A stretch of DNA of 64,000 nt from contig CAWEMM010000009.1 of assembly GCA_963810095.1 (NCBI GenBank), positions 608,001 through 672,000 on the forward strand, written 5' to 3'. Below the pieces are notes generated by a model. It was not told the origin of the DNA. It was given only the letters and a program-made list of their open reading frames with translations, and made no database searches. The translations under genes were made by a program, and so were the position numbers. The DNA is from an uncultured Chloroflexia bacterium (lineage in GTDB: Bacteria > Chloroflexota > Anaerolineae > CG2-30-64-16). Within the stretch, counting starts at the first letter, position 1; every line of letters begins with the position of its first letter. This document shows, in pieces, positions 9,264-19,390 of this stretch.

Positions 9264-9480
9264 GGAGTCCTCCTGGGGGTGAATGGGACTGCTTCCGCCG
9301 AAGTCCTCAGGACGAGAAGGCTCCCGCCGGCTGATCTCGGCGCAGATCGACCTGTGGATTATAGCACAACGCTTCCAGGCCGTGTCGCCTAGATTGCGTG
9401 GCCCGCCCAGACTTCGCAGTCCCGCCCGCAGTTGGAGCTCGCTGCACCCGCGTGTATAATACGCCTGCAACCAACGGCAG

Positions 9481-9508
9481 CCCCAGCCTCACCCCGGCTG
9501 GGGTTTTT
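9481..9508 (+). terminator. Terminator-like hairpin in the ftsY leader
   Basis: CCCCAGCC-tcacccc-GGCTGGGG-TTTTT, 20 nt after TATAAT (9455-9460). Confidence 0.5.
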
Positions 9509-9546
9509 GTCGCACGCCATCAGGCGCAAAGACATGGAGCAAGGGC

Positions 9547-10497
9547 ATGGGTTTTGGCTTTTTTCGCAGGACGCCGCAGCAGCAGGCCGAGGACCAGGAG
9601 AAAATCCAGCAGAGCCTGGCCAAGACGCGGCAGGGCTTCTTTGGTCGGGTCAGCACGCTGTTCCAGGCCAACGAGATCACCGACGATACGTGGGACGAGC
9701 TCGAAGAAATCCTGATCCAGGCCGACCTGGGGATTAACACCGCGCTAGGCGTGGTCGAGCGGCTGCGGGCGCGGGTCGAGCGCAACCACCTGAAGCGCGT
9801 CGACGACGTCAAGGCGGCGCTGAAGGACGAGTTAGTCAACTTGCTCGACCACCCGCCGCTCACCAACATCGACGAGCCGCGCATGCTCACCGTCGTGCTC
9901 ATCGTCGGCGTCAACGGCTCGGGCAAGACCACGAGCATCGCGAAGCTGGCGAAGTACTACAAGGCCCGCGGCAAAAAGGTGGTGCTGGCCGCGGCCGACA
10001 CGTTCCGAGCGGCCGCCATCGACCAACTCAAGATTTGGGGCGAGCGCACCGGAGTCGACGTGATCGCGCAAGGGCCCGGCGCCGACCCCGGCGCGGTGGT
10101 CTACGACGCGATCCGGGCGAGCCAGGAAACGCGCTCGGCCGAGCTGCTCATTATCGATACCGCGGGCCGCCTGCACACGAAGTACAACCTGATGAAGGAA
10201 CTGGAAAAGGTGCATGCGGTCTGTGCGCGGCAGGTACACGAAGCGCCGCACGAAACCCTGTTAGTGCTCGACGCGACGACAGGGCAGAACGCGATCAGCC
10301 AGGCCAAGCATTTCAAGGAAGCAGTCGACATAACGGGCATCATCCTGACCAAGCTCGACGGCACGGCCAAAGGCGGGATCGTGTTTGCGATTCAGGAAGA
10401 GCTGGGCGTGCCGGTGCGCTTCATCGGCACCGGCGAAAAGGCCGACGACTTCGCGGAGTTCGACCCGCGGGCGTTCGTCGACGGAATTATGGGCTAA
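9547..10497 (+). CDS. ftsY: SRP receptor FtsY
   Basis: [44 protein letters not shown] motifs. Confidence 0.97.
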   Translation: MGFGFFRRTPQQQAEDQEKIQQSLAKTRQGFFGRVSTLFQANEITDDTWDELEEILIQADLGINTALGVVERLRARVERNHLKRVDDVKAALKDELVNLLDHPPLTNIDEPRMLTVVLIVGVNGSGKTTSIAKLAKYYKARGKKVVLAAADTFRAAAIDQLKIWGERTGVDVIAQGPGADPGAVVYDAIRASQETRSAELLIIDTAGRLHTKYNLMKELEKVHAVCARQVHEAPHETLLVLDATTGQNAISQAKHFKEAVDITGIILTKLDGTAKGGIVFAIQEELGVPVRFIGTGEKADDFAEFDPRAFVDGIMG

Positions 10498-10503
10498 CCT
10501 TCT

Positions 10504-10571
10504 GTAGGGGCGAGGCATTGGGGAGGACATCTGGCCGCGGCCAGACGTCCTCCCCAATGCCTCGCCCCTAC
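10504..10571. repeat. GTAG-type REP-like palindrome
   Basis: GTAGGGGCGAGGCATTGGGGAGGAC...GTCCTCCCCAATGCCTCGCCCCTAC, a near-perfect 68-bp palindrome. Confidence 0.85.
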
Positions 10572-10590
10572 GACACGAAAGGATTTAGGC

Positions 10591-11698
10591 ATGGACGAAA
10601 TTCGCGGGCATCTTCAGTCCCTGGCTGACCAGGTCGACGGGATGCGGAGGCGTCTTTGACTTAGCGGGCAAGGCCGCTGAGATAGACCGGCTGGAACAGG
10701 AATCGGCCAGCCCCGAGATATGGAGCGACCCCAACCGCGCCAAGGTTGTGATGCGCGAACTGTCCGCGCTGCGTGAGCAGGTGGCCGTGTGGGACAAGAT
10801 GACGCGCGACGTGGAAGACGCGCAAGCCCTGCTCGAGCTAGCCGAAGAGGCGGGCGACGAAGAGACGGCCACCGAAGCGGCGGGGCACGCAGCCGAGCTT
10901 CAGAAGCGCTATGAGTCGCTCGAGTTCCAGCTCGCCATGGCCGGGCCTTACGATCGTAGCGGCGCCATCCTCTCAATCCATGCGGGCGCAGGTGGCACCG
11001 AGGCTCAAGACTGGGCCTCCATGCTGCAGCGCCTGTACCTGCGCTGGGCCGAGCGCCGCGGCTTCGACGCCGAGATCACCGACCAGCTCGAAGGCGAAGA
11101 AGCGGGCATCAAGACGGTCACCATCGAGGTCGTCGGTCCTTTTGCGTACGGCCATCTCAAGGCGGAGCGCGGGGTGCACCGTCTCGTCCGCATCAGCCCG
11201 TTTGATTCCTCGGCCCGGCGCCACACGTCCTTTGCCCTGGTCGAGGTGATGCCGATCATCGACGAGGACATCGACATCGAGATCAAGCCCGAAGACGTCA
11301 AGATGGACGTCTACCGTTCGGGCGGCGCCGGCGGCCAGCACATGCAGAAGAACTCGACCGCGGTCCGCCTCACACACATCCCCACCGGCACCGTCGTGAC
11401 CTGTCAGAATGAGCGCAGCCAGCTCCAAAACCGCGAGTCCGCGATGCGGGTACTGCGCGGCAAGCTCTACGACATGGAGCTGCAGAAGAAGGAAGAGGAA
11501 GCGGCCCGGATTCGCGGCAAGCATGTCGAAGCGGGTTGGGGCAATCAGATTCGTTCTTACGTGCTGCAGCCCTACCAGATGGTCAAGGACCTGCGCACCG
11601 AGGCCGAGACGGGCAACACGACCGCGGTGCTCGACGGTGAGATCGACCTGTTCATCGAGGCGTGGCTGAAGGACCAGGTGGGCGAAATAGCGGCGTAG
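10591..11698 (+). CDS. prfB: Peptide chain release factor 2 with programmed +1 frameshift
   Basis: ATG 10591 gives MDEIRGHLQSLADQVDGMRRRL then CTT TGA C at 10654-10660 with internal SD GGAGG 3 nt upstream; the +1 frame contains SPF and GGQ motifs. Confidence 0.96.
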
Positions 11699-11857
11699 GG
11701 GAAGTGGACGCGGAGGTGGGCGCGCCATCCACGGAACGAATGAATCCTGCTGCGGGCCCGAATGAACGAATCTCGCCGCTATTCGTTTTATGGCGGCCCG
11801 TGTCGATGCCGCGCCCTCCTTGACGACCCGCCTCGGATGGCTTACGCTACCGCTCAC

Positions 11858-12748
11858 ATGGAAACAGTTCCCCGCACCTTGCTCATCACCGGCGTTTCCG
11901 GTTATGTGGGGCAGGCGATCGCACCGCTGGCGGCATCCGCCGGTTACCGCGTCGTCGGCACGTGGTTCACTCACGAACCTCGCGCACTGCCGGACTGCGA
12001 CCTTCGCCGCGCCGCGGTCGATGAAATCCCTGCCCTCATCGCCGCGCTCCGGCCCGACGTGGTGCTCCACACCGCTGCCGCCTGGCGTACTGAGGCCGAA
12101 GCCCAGGCGGTCATCGTGGAAGGCACGCGGGGGATCGCCGGGGCCGCCGCGCTCGTCGGCGCGCGCCTGATCCACCTGTCAACCGATCTCGTCTTCGACG
12201 GCGAGCACCCGCCCTACGATGAGGGCAGCCTGCCCGCGCCCGTGAACTTCTACGGCGAGGCCAAAGCCGCAGCCGAGGGGATCGTCGCGGAGGTGTTCGG
12301 GCTGGGGCGTCCTTCGACTCCGCTGCACGCCGCTCAGGATGCCCCGACATCGCCCGGCGCCGTCATCGCGCGCACCTCGCTGGTCACCTGTTTCGACCCG
12401 CCCGATCCCCGCACCGAGCCCATTCTCGACGCGCTCAGGGGCCGGCGGCCTCCCGTCACGCTCTACACAGACGAGTACCGGTGTCCCGTGCGGGTGGAAG
12501 ACCTGGCGACGGCACTGGTGGAGCTGGGCGGCAACGACTTCACGGGCATCCTGCACATCGCAGGCCCCGAGCGCCTGAGCCGGTACGAGCTCGGGCTGCG
12601 CATCGCGCGCTTCTACGGTCTGACCCCCGCGCCCGGTATCGTTTCGGCCCTGGCCCGTGACAGTGCGTTGCCGCGTCCGCGCGACTGCACGCTGGATATT
12701 TCGCTTGCCCGCCGCTCGCTGCACACCTCGCTGCGGCCTCTTTCATAG
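11858..12748 (+). CDS. RmlD-like SDR oxidoreductase (dTDP-4-dehydrorhamnose reductase family)
   Basis: ITGVSGYVG, HLSTDLVFDG, YGEAK, PRPRD motifs. Confidence 0.85.
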   Translation: METVPRTLLITGVSGYVGQAIAPLAASAGYRVVGTWFTHEPRALPDCDLRRAAVDEIPALIAALRPDVVLHTAAAWRTEAEAQAVIVEGTRGIAGAAALVGARLIHLSTDLVFDGEHPPYDEGSLPAPVNFYGEAKAAAEGIVAEVFGLGRPSTPLHAAQDAPTSPGAVIARTSLVTCFDPPDPRTEPILDALRGRRPPVTLYTDEYRCPVRVEDLATALVELGGNDFTGILHIAGPERLSRYELGLRIARFYGLTPAPGIVSALARDSALPRPRDCTLDISLARRSLHTSLRPLS

Positions 12749-12792
12749 ACGTAAGCTTTCACTGATTCTACAGCTTGGTCGGTTTTTCGCAC

Positions 12793-12822
12793 TTGACCAA
12801 ACAGAAAAAGGGCGCGTATAAT
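12793..12822 (+). promoter_or_regulatory. Sigma70-type promoter of the zinc-ribbon gene
   Basis: TTGACC, N18, TATAAT. Confidence 0.7.
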
Positions 12823-13030
12823 GCCTGCCAGTTGGTCACGAACAGCATCATACACGGGGCTGCGAAAGATCGCCGGTTGGCCGGCCGCCAAGTGGCGTAC
12901 GAGAACTCACGGTATACAAGCTGGGTGACATCGCCGTGCTAAGGTCAAGCGTACAGGTCACTTTACCTGCGAGCAGAGGTCGGCACGCTTGACCCGCACT
13001 AGTTGGTTTCTCTCTCGGAGGATAGTTACC

Positions 13031-13438
13031 GTGAGTCAGTACGCTGACAAGACCATGACGTGCCGCGACTGCGGCAAGCAGTTCACCTTCACGGCGGGGG
13101 AGCAGGAGTTCTACGCCACGCGGGGCTTCAGCGAACCGGCGCGCTGCGGCGAGTGCCGCGCGGCACGCAAAGCCGGCCGCGATAGCGGCGGCTATGGGGC
13201 ATCGGATTACGGCAGCACCGGCGGGGGCCGCAGCAGCAGCTACAGCGATTCCGGCTATAGCCACTCCAGCAGCAGCTACGGCTCGGCGAGTCGTGGCGGC
13301 GCCAGCTCGGGCACGCGGCAGATGTTCACCGCCGTGTGCGCAGATTGCGGCACCACCACCGAGGTGCCCTTTGAGCCGCGCCAGGGCCGGCCCGTCTATT
13401 GTCGTGATTGCTTCGAGAGGCGTAACCCCAGGCGCTAA
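13031..13438 (+). CDS. Zinc-ribbon / CxxC-x17-CxxC domain protein
   Basis: DKTMTCRDCG...FTAGEQEFY...PARCGECR; Gly/Ser/Tyr linker; MFTAVCADCG...VPFEPRQGRPVYCRDCF; SD GGAGG before GTG. Confidence 0.9.
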   Translation: MSQYADKTMTCRDCGKQFTFTAGEQEFYATRGFSEPARCGECRAARKAGRDSGGYGASDYGSTGGGRSSSYSDSGYSHSSSSYGSASRGGASSGTRQMFTAVCADCGTTTEVPFEPRQGRPVYCRDCFERRNPRR

Positions 13439-13468
13439 GCCACCCTCTCGGTGACGTAACAGTTCGGC

Positions 13469-13504
13469 GGGCGGTCGTGCGATCCACGGCCGCCCCTTCT
13501 CTTT
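13469..13504 (+). terminator. Intrinsic terminator after the zinc-ribbon gene
   Basis: GGGCGGTCGTG-cgatc-CACGGCCGCCC then CTTCTCTTT. Confidence 0.6.
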
Positions 13505-13522
13505 AAGGCTGAACCCCGGTTA

Positions 13523-13594
13523 ACCACAAAGACTCGAAGGCACCAAGCGGCACGAAGACTTCGCTGATCCTTCGTGTCTTCGAGTCTTTGTGGT
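13523..13594. repeat. ACCACAAAGAC-family palindromic repeat
   Basis: ACCACAAAGACTCGAAG ... CTTCGAGTCTTTGTGGT (17-bp perfect arms); related copies at 28567, 60049 and 62100. Confidence 0.8.
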
Positions 13595-13661
13595 GAGTAT
13601 CCGAATCCGTCCGATGCACTCGATTCTTGCCGCAACGGGCTTTTCGGGGTATAAACGCTCG

Positions 13662-16600
13662 GTGCGATACCTCAAACAGCTGACCTTACAGGGCTACAAA
13701 ACTTTCGCCTCACGGACGGAGTTTCTTTTCGACGCCGGCGTGACCGCGATCGTGGGCCCCAACGGCAGTGGTAAGTCTAATGTGGCGGATGCTCTGCGCT
13801 GGGTGTTGGGCGAACAGAGCTTCTCGGCACTGCGCGGCAAGCGAACGGAGGACATGATCTTCTCCGGGTCCGAGCAGCGGCCGCGCATGGGCATGGCCCA
13901 GGTCTCGCTCATCCTCGACAACGCCTCTGGTTGGCTCCCCGTCGACTTTGCCGAAGTGGAAGTGTCCCGCCGGGCCTATCGCTCGGGCGAGAACGAGTAC
14001 TACGTCAACGGCAACCGTGTGCGCCTGCGCGACGTGCATGATCTGCTGGGCAGTTCGGGCCTCAGCGAGCGCACGTATACGGTCATCGGCCAGGGCCTTG
14101 TCGACCAGGCGCTGTCGCTGCGTCCCGAGGAGCGCCGGAAGCTGTTCGAGGAAGCCGCGGGCATCACCGTGCACCAGGCCAAGCGCGAGCAGGCCAGCCA
14201 GAAGCTGGCGGATGCCTCCAACAACCTCATGCGGGCTCGGGACATTATCAGCGAACTGACGCCCCGGCTGCGTTACCTCAAGGGCCAGGCTCGGCGGGCG
14301 CAGGAGTACCAGCAGCTCAAGGCGGACCTCGAATCGCAGCTGCGGACGTGGTACGGCTACCGCTGGCGGCAGGCGCTGCTGGCCCTGGCCGGCGCGCGCA
14401 ACCGGGCCGTGGATGCGGCGGCCGCGACGGAAGAGGAAACCGTAGAACTGAACGGCCTGCTCGAGCAGATCGCCGCCCGGCGCGACGAGCGCAACCGGCT
14501 GCGCGACCAGCTCGGCGACTGGCACCGGTCCTCGAGCGCGCTGCACCGCCAGGCGGAGATCGTGCAGCGCGAGCTGGCAGTGCGCAACGAGCAGGTGCGC
14601 CTCTGGCGCGAGCAGGCCGATGACCTCGGGCGCGAGCTGACATACCTCGCGGCCGCGCTCGAAGACGGCAAAGAGCGACTGCAGGCCGCCAAGGCGGAGC
14701 TGGGCCAGGCCCAGGCCGAGCACGCGACGCGCGCTCGCCGGGTGGAAGAGGCGCAGGCCGACCTCCAGCGCCGCGATCGCGAGCGCTCGGCCCAGGTCCG
14801 GGTGTTGGCGCAGGCCGAGGACGGGCTGCTGACGCTCCGCACCCAGCTCGCCGAGCGCCGCTCGCGCCTGGCTCAAATCGCGGACCGCCGGACAGAACTG
14901 ACCGGCGCGGACGCCGAGCAGGTCACCGCGGCGAAGGGTGCGTCGGGGCAGGTTGCCGAAATGGAGGCTCAGCTCAAGACGCTGGGCGCAAAGGCCGACG
15001 AGTTCAGCCGCGCACTGGCGGCGATCGAGCACGACCGGCAGGGCCGCGGGCAGGCGCTGGCCGTCGGCCAGGAGGCCGAGCGCAAAGCCCAGGAACAGCT
15101 CAACGCGGCCCAGCGGGCCGTCTCCCGCCTCGAGGACCAGCAGGACATGCTCGAACGCCTGCGCGACGAGGGTGCGGGGCTGGCGGGCGGCGTCCGGGCA
15201 GTCATGGCCGCGGCGCGCGAGGTCAGCAAACCAGGTTTCTCGAAGAAACCTGGTTTGTCGGGCGAGCAGAAACCTGGTTTATCCCCCCGCGATCACCTTG
15301 ACGGGATTCTCGGGCCCTTGGGCGAGTTGATCCAGGTGCCGCCCGAGTACGAGCGTGCGATGGAAGCCGCGCTGGGCGGCCGGGTGCAGGACGTCGTAGT
15401 GCGGGGCTGGGAAGACGCCGAGGCTGCGGTCGAGTTCCTGAAGCGGAACCAGGCCGGCCGCGCGACGTTCCTGCCCCTCGACACGCTGCGGCCCGGGCGC
15501 GCCGTGGACGTGCCCAAGGCGCCGGGCGTCATTGGCCTGGCAAGCGAGCTGGTCGGCTTTGCCCCGGAGGTTCGAGCGGCGGTCGACCTGGCGCTCAACC
15601 ACACGCTGGTCGTCCAGGACCTGCCCACTGCGCGCCGGCTCCTTAACCGGGGTGGCGGCGCCACGCTGGTGACGCTGGACGGCGAGATCGTCCGGTCCTC
15701 AGGCAGCGTGACGGGCGGTGCGGAAAGCCGGCAGCGCGACGGTGGCCTCTTGCAGCGGGCGCGACAGCTCCGCGAACTGCCCGAGCAAATTCAGCGCGGC
15801 GGCGAAGATCGTCGCGGGGCACGAAAAGCAGATCGCGGACCTACGCAAGGCGCAGGCCGAGGCGCGGGCCGCGTTGGACGCTCTGCGGGCGCGCCGCGAC
15901 GAGCTGAACGCCAGCCAGGCGCGCCTTAACGCCGAGCTCTCCAAGACACAGCTGGCCGCCGAGCGGGCGCGGCAGACCGTGAGCTGGCATGAGGAGCGGC
16001 GCAAGGGCCTGGAGCGCGAGGCCGGCGAGCTGGACCGGCGGGAGAGCGAGCTCAAGGCAGCGATTGCCGACCTGGCTGCCCAGGTGGAGAAGCGCGAAGG
16101 CGTGGTCGACGCGGAGCGCCGCCGGCTCAACGAGCTGTCCGCGGAAGACTACATGGCCGAGGTCGCGCGGCTGCGGGCCGAGGCGGCGGTCAGTGCCGGC
16201 CAACTGCGCAGCCTCGAGGGCCGGGTGCAGGAGCTCCAGCGCGGCCAGGCCGGCCGCGAGCAGGAGATCGCCAGCAAGACTGCCCGCCGTGCGTCTCTGG
16301 GCGGGCAGCAGGCCGAGGCCGCGCAAGCCATCGAAGCACAGAGCGGTGCGGCCGAGGGCCTGGCCGGCGAGATCTCCGAACTTGCGGCGTGCATCGACCC
16401 CGCCGAAGCGCGGCTCGCCGAGCTGGAGAAGAGCAGCCGGGAGACCGAGCAGCAAGAGCGCAGCCTGCGCGAGCAACTGCGGCTGGCCCAGGCCCGCCTC
16501 AACCAGGCCGACCTGTCGGCTCAGCGGGCCCAGGACGAGCTGGCCCACCTCCGCGGCGAGATCGAAAAAGACCTGGGCTTGGTGGAATTGACCCAGTTTG

Positions 16601-17389
16601 CAGACGATCCGGGCGAGTCGCAAGAGGCGCTGGCCGAAGATTTGCTCGACACGCAGCCGCCCCTGCCGCTCAACGGCATGGTGACCCGGTTACCCGTCGT
16701 CGTGGAGCTTCCGGAAGGGCTCGATGCCGACGTCCGTAACCTGCGCGGCCAGGTGGCGCGGCTCGGGCCCGTCAACCTCGACGCGCTGGCCGAGTACCAG
16801 GAAGTCGAGTCCCGCTACAACTTCCTCACGACGCAGTCGGCAGACCTGGAACATGCGGTGGCCACGCTGCAGGAGGTGATCGCCGAACTCGACCGGGTGA
16901 TGGAGCGCGAGTTCGTCGCCACCTTCAAGGCGGTCGCCGCCCGGTTCAAGGATGAGTTCGTCGCCCTCTTCGGGGGCGGCTCGGCCAAGCTACTGATGGC
17001 CGATCCCGAAAACCCGAACAGCACCGGCATCGAGATCATCGCCCGCCCCCGGCAAGCGCGAACAGGGCCTGGCCCTCCTGTCGGGCGGCGAGCGTGCGCT
17101 GACCGCCGCCGCACTGATCTTCAGCATCCTGAAGACCCGGCCAACGCCGTTCTGCGTGCTCGACGAGGTCGACGCGGCGCTGGACGAGGCGAACGTGAGC
17201 CGCTTCCGCGACGCGATCAAGACGCTCGGTAAGGAAACCCAGTTTATCCTCGTAACCCATAACCGCGGCACTATTGAAGCGGCCGATACCATCTACGGCA
17301 TTTCGATGGGCGCCGACCACACGTCGACCACGCTCTCCCTCAAGCTGGATGGCAAGGAACTGGTGACGGCGACGGCGGTCGAAGCGTGA
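13662..17389 (+). CDS. smc: Chromosome segregation protein SMC (frameshifts near 15795 and 17050, probably sequencing errors)
   Basis: [14 protein letters not shown] Walker A, coiled coils, hinge [18 protein letters not shown] signature, LDEVDAALD Walker B and VTH across three frames. Confidence 0.95.
15227..15280. repeat. AGAAACCTGGTTT palindromic repeat cluster inside smc
   Basis: CAAACCAGGTTTCT-CGA-AGAAACCTGGTTTG plus a third copy at 15268-15280; translated as [19 protein letters not shown]. Confidence 0.75.
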
Positions 17390-18351
17390 GTAGTCGGTCC
17401 GCGGACGCGGTGTCGGCCGGCACAGAAGCCGCCCGCGCTGCTCGCACCCGCCGGCCCCCCCGCCCCGTCCTCTACCTGTTGGGCCTCGGCACCGTTGTCT
17501 TCTGGGGCGCTAGCTTTCCGATCACCAAGGCCGCGCTCGACTATACCGGCCCCAGCGCGATCGCCTTCCTCCGCTGGACCGTCTCAGCGCTCTTCCTCGC
17601 GGGCTGGCTGGCTTTGGCGGGGCGGCGGGATGCGTCTGTCAGCCTTTCTGCCGCAGGCCGCATGCTTGCCGTACGCTGGCGGACCGTCGTGTGGGTCAGC
17701 CTGACGGGCATCACGCTGTTTTACCTGCTCGAAAACCTCGCGCTGCACTACACGACCGCGACCAATGCCGGCGTCCTCTCGAATCTTACCTCGGTGTTTA
17801 TGGTGATCATCGGCGCGGTGCTTCTGCACGAGCGGCTGGGCGGGCTCGAGTGGCTGGCGCTCGGGGCCGCGTTCGCCGGCTCGGCCCTCGTGAGTCAGGG
17901 CGCCGGTCACTTGACCGTCGGCGGGACCGGCCTGCTCGGCGACGGGATGATGGTGGTCGCAGGCTTCTTCGGCGCGGTGTTCAGCATCGGCGGGAAGGGG
18001 CTGTCTGAGCGCTACCCTCCGGTGGTGGTGACCACGGTGGTGGCGGCTGTTGGCGCACTCTTCTTGTTGCCCGTCGCGCTGCTTGAGGGCCTGACTTTCA
18101 GCCTGCCGCCGCAAGGTTGGGGGATGATCGTGCTGCTGGGACTGGGCTCGGGCGCGCTGGCTAACCTCTTCTGGATGAGCCTGCTGGCCCACACCGCTGC
18201 CTCAAGGGCCGCAGTCGTCCTGTTCCTCGTTCCGCTGGTCTCGGCCGGCCTGTCTATCGTTCTGCTGGGCGAGCCGGTCACGCCGCTGCTGCTGGTGGGG
18301 ACCGCGCTGGTGCTCGCGGGCGTGATGGTCGTGCAGCGCCGCAGCGCATGA
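17386..18351 (+). CDS. DMT/EamA family transporter
   Basis: About 10 hydrophobic segments; [28 protein letters not shown] motifs. Confidence 0.9.
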   Translation: MSSRSADAVSAGTEAARAARTRRPPRPVLYLLGLGTVVFWGASFPITKAALDYTGPSAIAFLRWTVSALFLAGWLALAGRRDASVSLSAAGRMLAVRWRTVVWVSLTGITLFYLLENLALHYTTATNAGVLSNLTSVFMVIIGAVLLHERLGGLEWLALGAAFAGSALVSQGAGHLTVGGTGLLGDGMMVVAGFFGAVFSIGGKGLSERYPPVVVTTVVAAVGALFLLPVALLEGLTFSLPPQGWGMIVLLGLGSGALANLFWMSLLAHTAASRAAVVLFLVPLVSAGLSIVLLGEPVTPLLLVGTALVLAGVMVVQRRSA

Positions 18352-18475
18352 GCTGCGCGCCCTCTTAACGAAAGACACATGGCCGGGGCGCTCAGCGGCC
18401 TGCACGGGCGGCCGCCCGTCGTTTCGTTGCCCCGCTTACTTCCTCCCGCGTCCGCGATCCACTATACTGTCGGGC

Positions 18476-18868
18476 ATGACCCAGATGCAAGACCCCAACG
18501 AGATCTGGCGCGCGTCGCTGACGGAGGCCGAGCGCACCGAGAAGCAGCCGCCGACGATCCTCCGGGCGGAAGCCTGGCCCTACCCGGAACTCGACCGGTT
18601 GTGGGTGCGGGTCGAACTCGCGCCGTTCGCCGCCTTTCCGAACCTCGAGTTCATCCTGACGGATGCCACGGGCGAGGTGGTGAGCACGATGTTCATGGTC
18701 GAAGTACGCGAGCCGTACCAATCGCTCACGCTCCATCTCCGCCGCCCGCCGCAGCCCGGTCAGCCGTATCGCCTGGCAATCGAGCTCACGCGCGACGAGC
18801 AGGTGCTGGATACGCGCGAGCTGGACTTTGATCTTGTCTTCCGTGACCCGAAAGGAGCCCAGAAGTGA
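18476..18868 (+). CDS. Hypothetical protein (probably leaderless)
   Basis: 130-aa ORF overlapping the next gene (GTGA); TATACT 7 nt before ATG. Confidence 0.7.
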   Translation: MTQMQDPNEIWRASLTEAERTEKQPPTILRAEAWPYPELDRLWVRVELAPFAAFPNLEFILTDATGEVVSTMFMVEVREPYQSLTLHLRRPPQPGQPYRLAIELTRDEQVLDTRELDFDLVFRDPKGAQK

Positions 18869-19299
18869 CCCCCTCGAATACGCCCGCACTCGTCAATCCC
18901 ACTGACCGCGAAATCCGCCACATCCTCCAGACTGCGAAGACGGTCGCGGTCGTCGGCCTGTCAGACAAGCCGGATCGGGATAGCTACAAGGTGGCGAAAT
19001 ACCTGCAGGAGCACGGGTACCGGATCATCCCGGTCAACCCGATGGTGGACGAGGTGCTGGGCGAGAAAAGCTACGCGTCCGTGACGGACATCCCCGGGCA
19101 GGTCGACGCCGTAGACGTGTTTCGCAAGCCAGAGGCGGTGATGCCGGTCGTCCAGGAAGCCATCGACGCGGGTGCAGCCACGCTCTGGCTGCAGCTCGGG
19201 GTGGTGAACCAGGAAGCCGCGGAGAAGGCCGAGGCCGCCGGGCTGCAGGTCGTCATGGACCGCTGCATGAAGATCGAGCACGGCCGATTGCTGGGGTAG
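18865..19299 (+). CDS. CoA-binding protein (YccU-like)
   Basis: AVVGLSDKPDRDSY, IIPVNP, VDVFR, LWLQLG, VMDRCMKIEH motifs. Confidence 0.92.
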   Translation: MTPSNTPALVNPTDREIRHILQTAKTVAVVGLSDKPDRDSYKVAKYLQEHGYRIIPVNPMVDEVLGEKSYASVTDIPGQVDAVDVFRKPEAVMPVVQEAIDAGAATLWLQLGVVNQEAAEKAEAAGLQVVMDRCMKIEHGRLLG

Positions 19300-19390
19300 G
19301 GGCGCGGTCCGTGGGGTAGGGGCGCCACCCGCCGGGTAGGGGCTAGGCACTTGGAGCGGACGAACGCCGCTCCAAGTGCCTAGCCCCTAC
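19296..19390. repeat. GTAG-type REP-like cluster
   Basis: GTAGGGGC at 19296, 19316 and 19336 (20-bp period); palindrome GTAGGGGCTAGGCACTTGGAGCGG...CCGCTCCAAGTGCCTAGCCCCTAC at 19336-19390. Confidence 0.85.

Noticed and set aside
12855-13030. Possible tmRNA or tRNA (begins GGGGCTG)
   Set aside because: No TTCGA T-arm, CCA end or tag reading frame, and too short for tmRNA; kept only as a candidate leader RNA.
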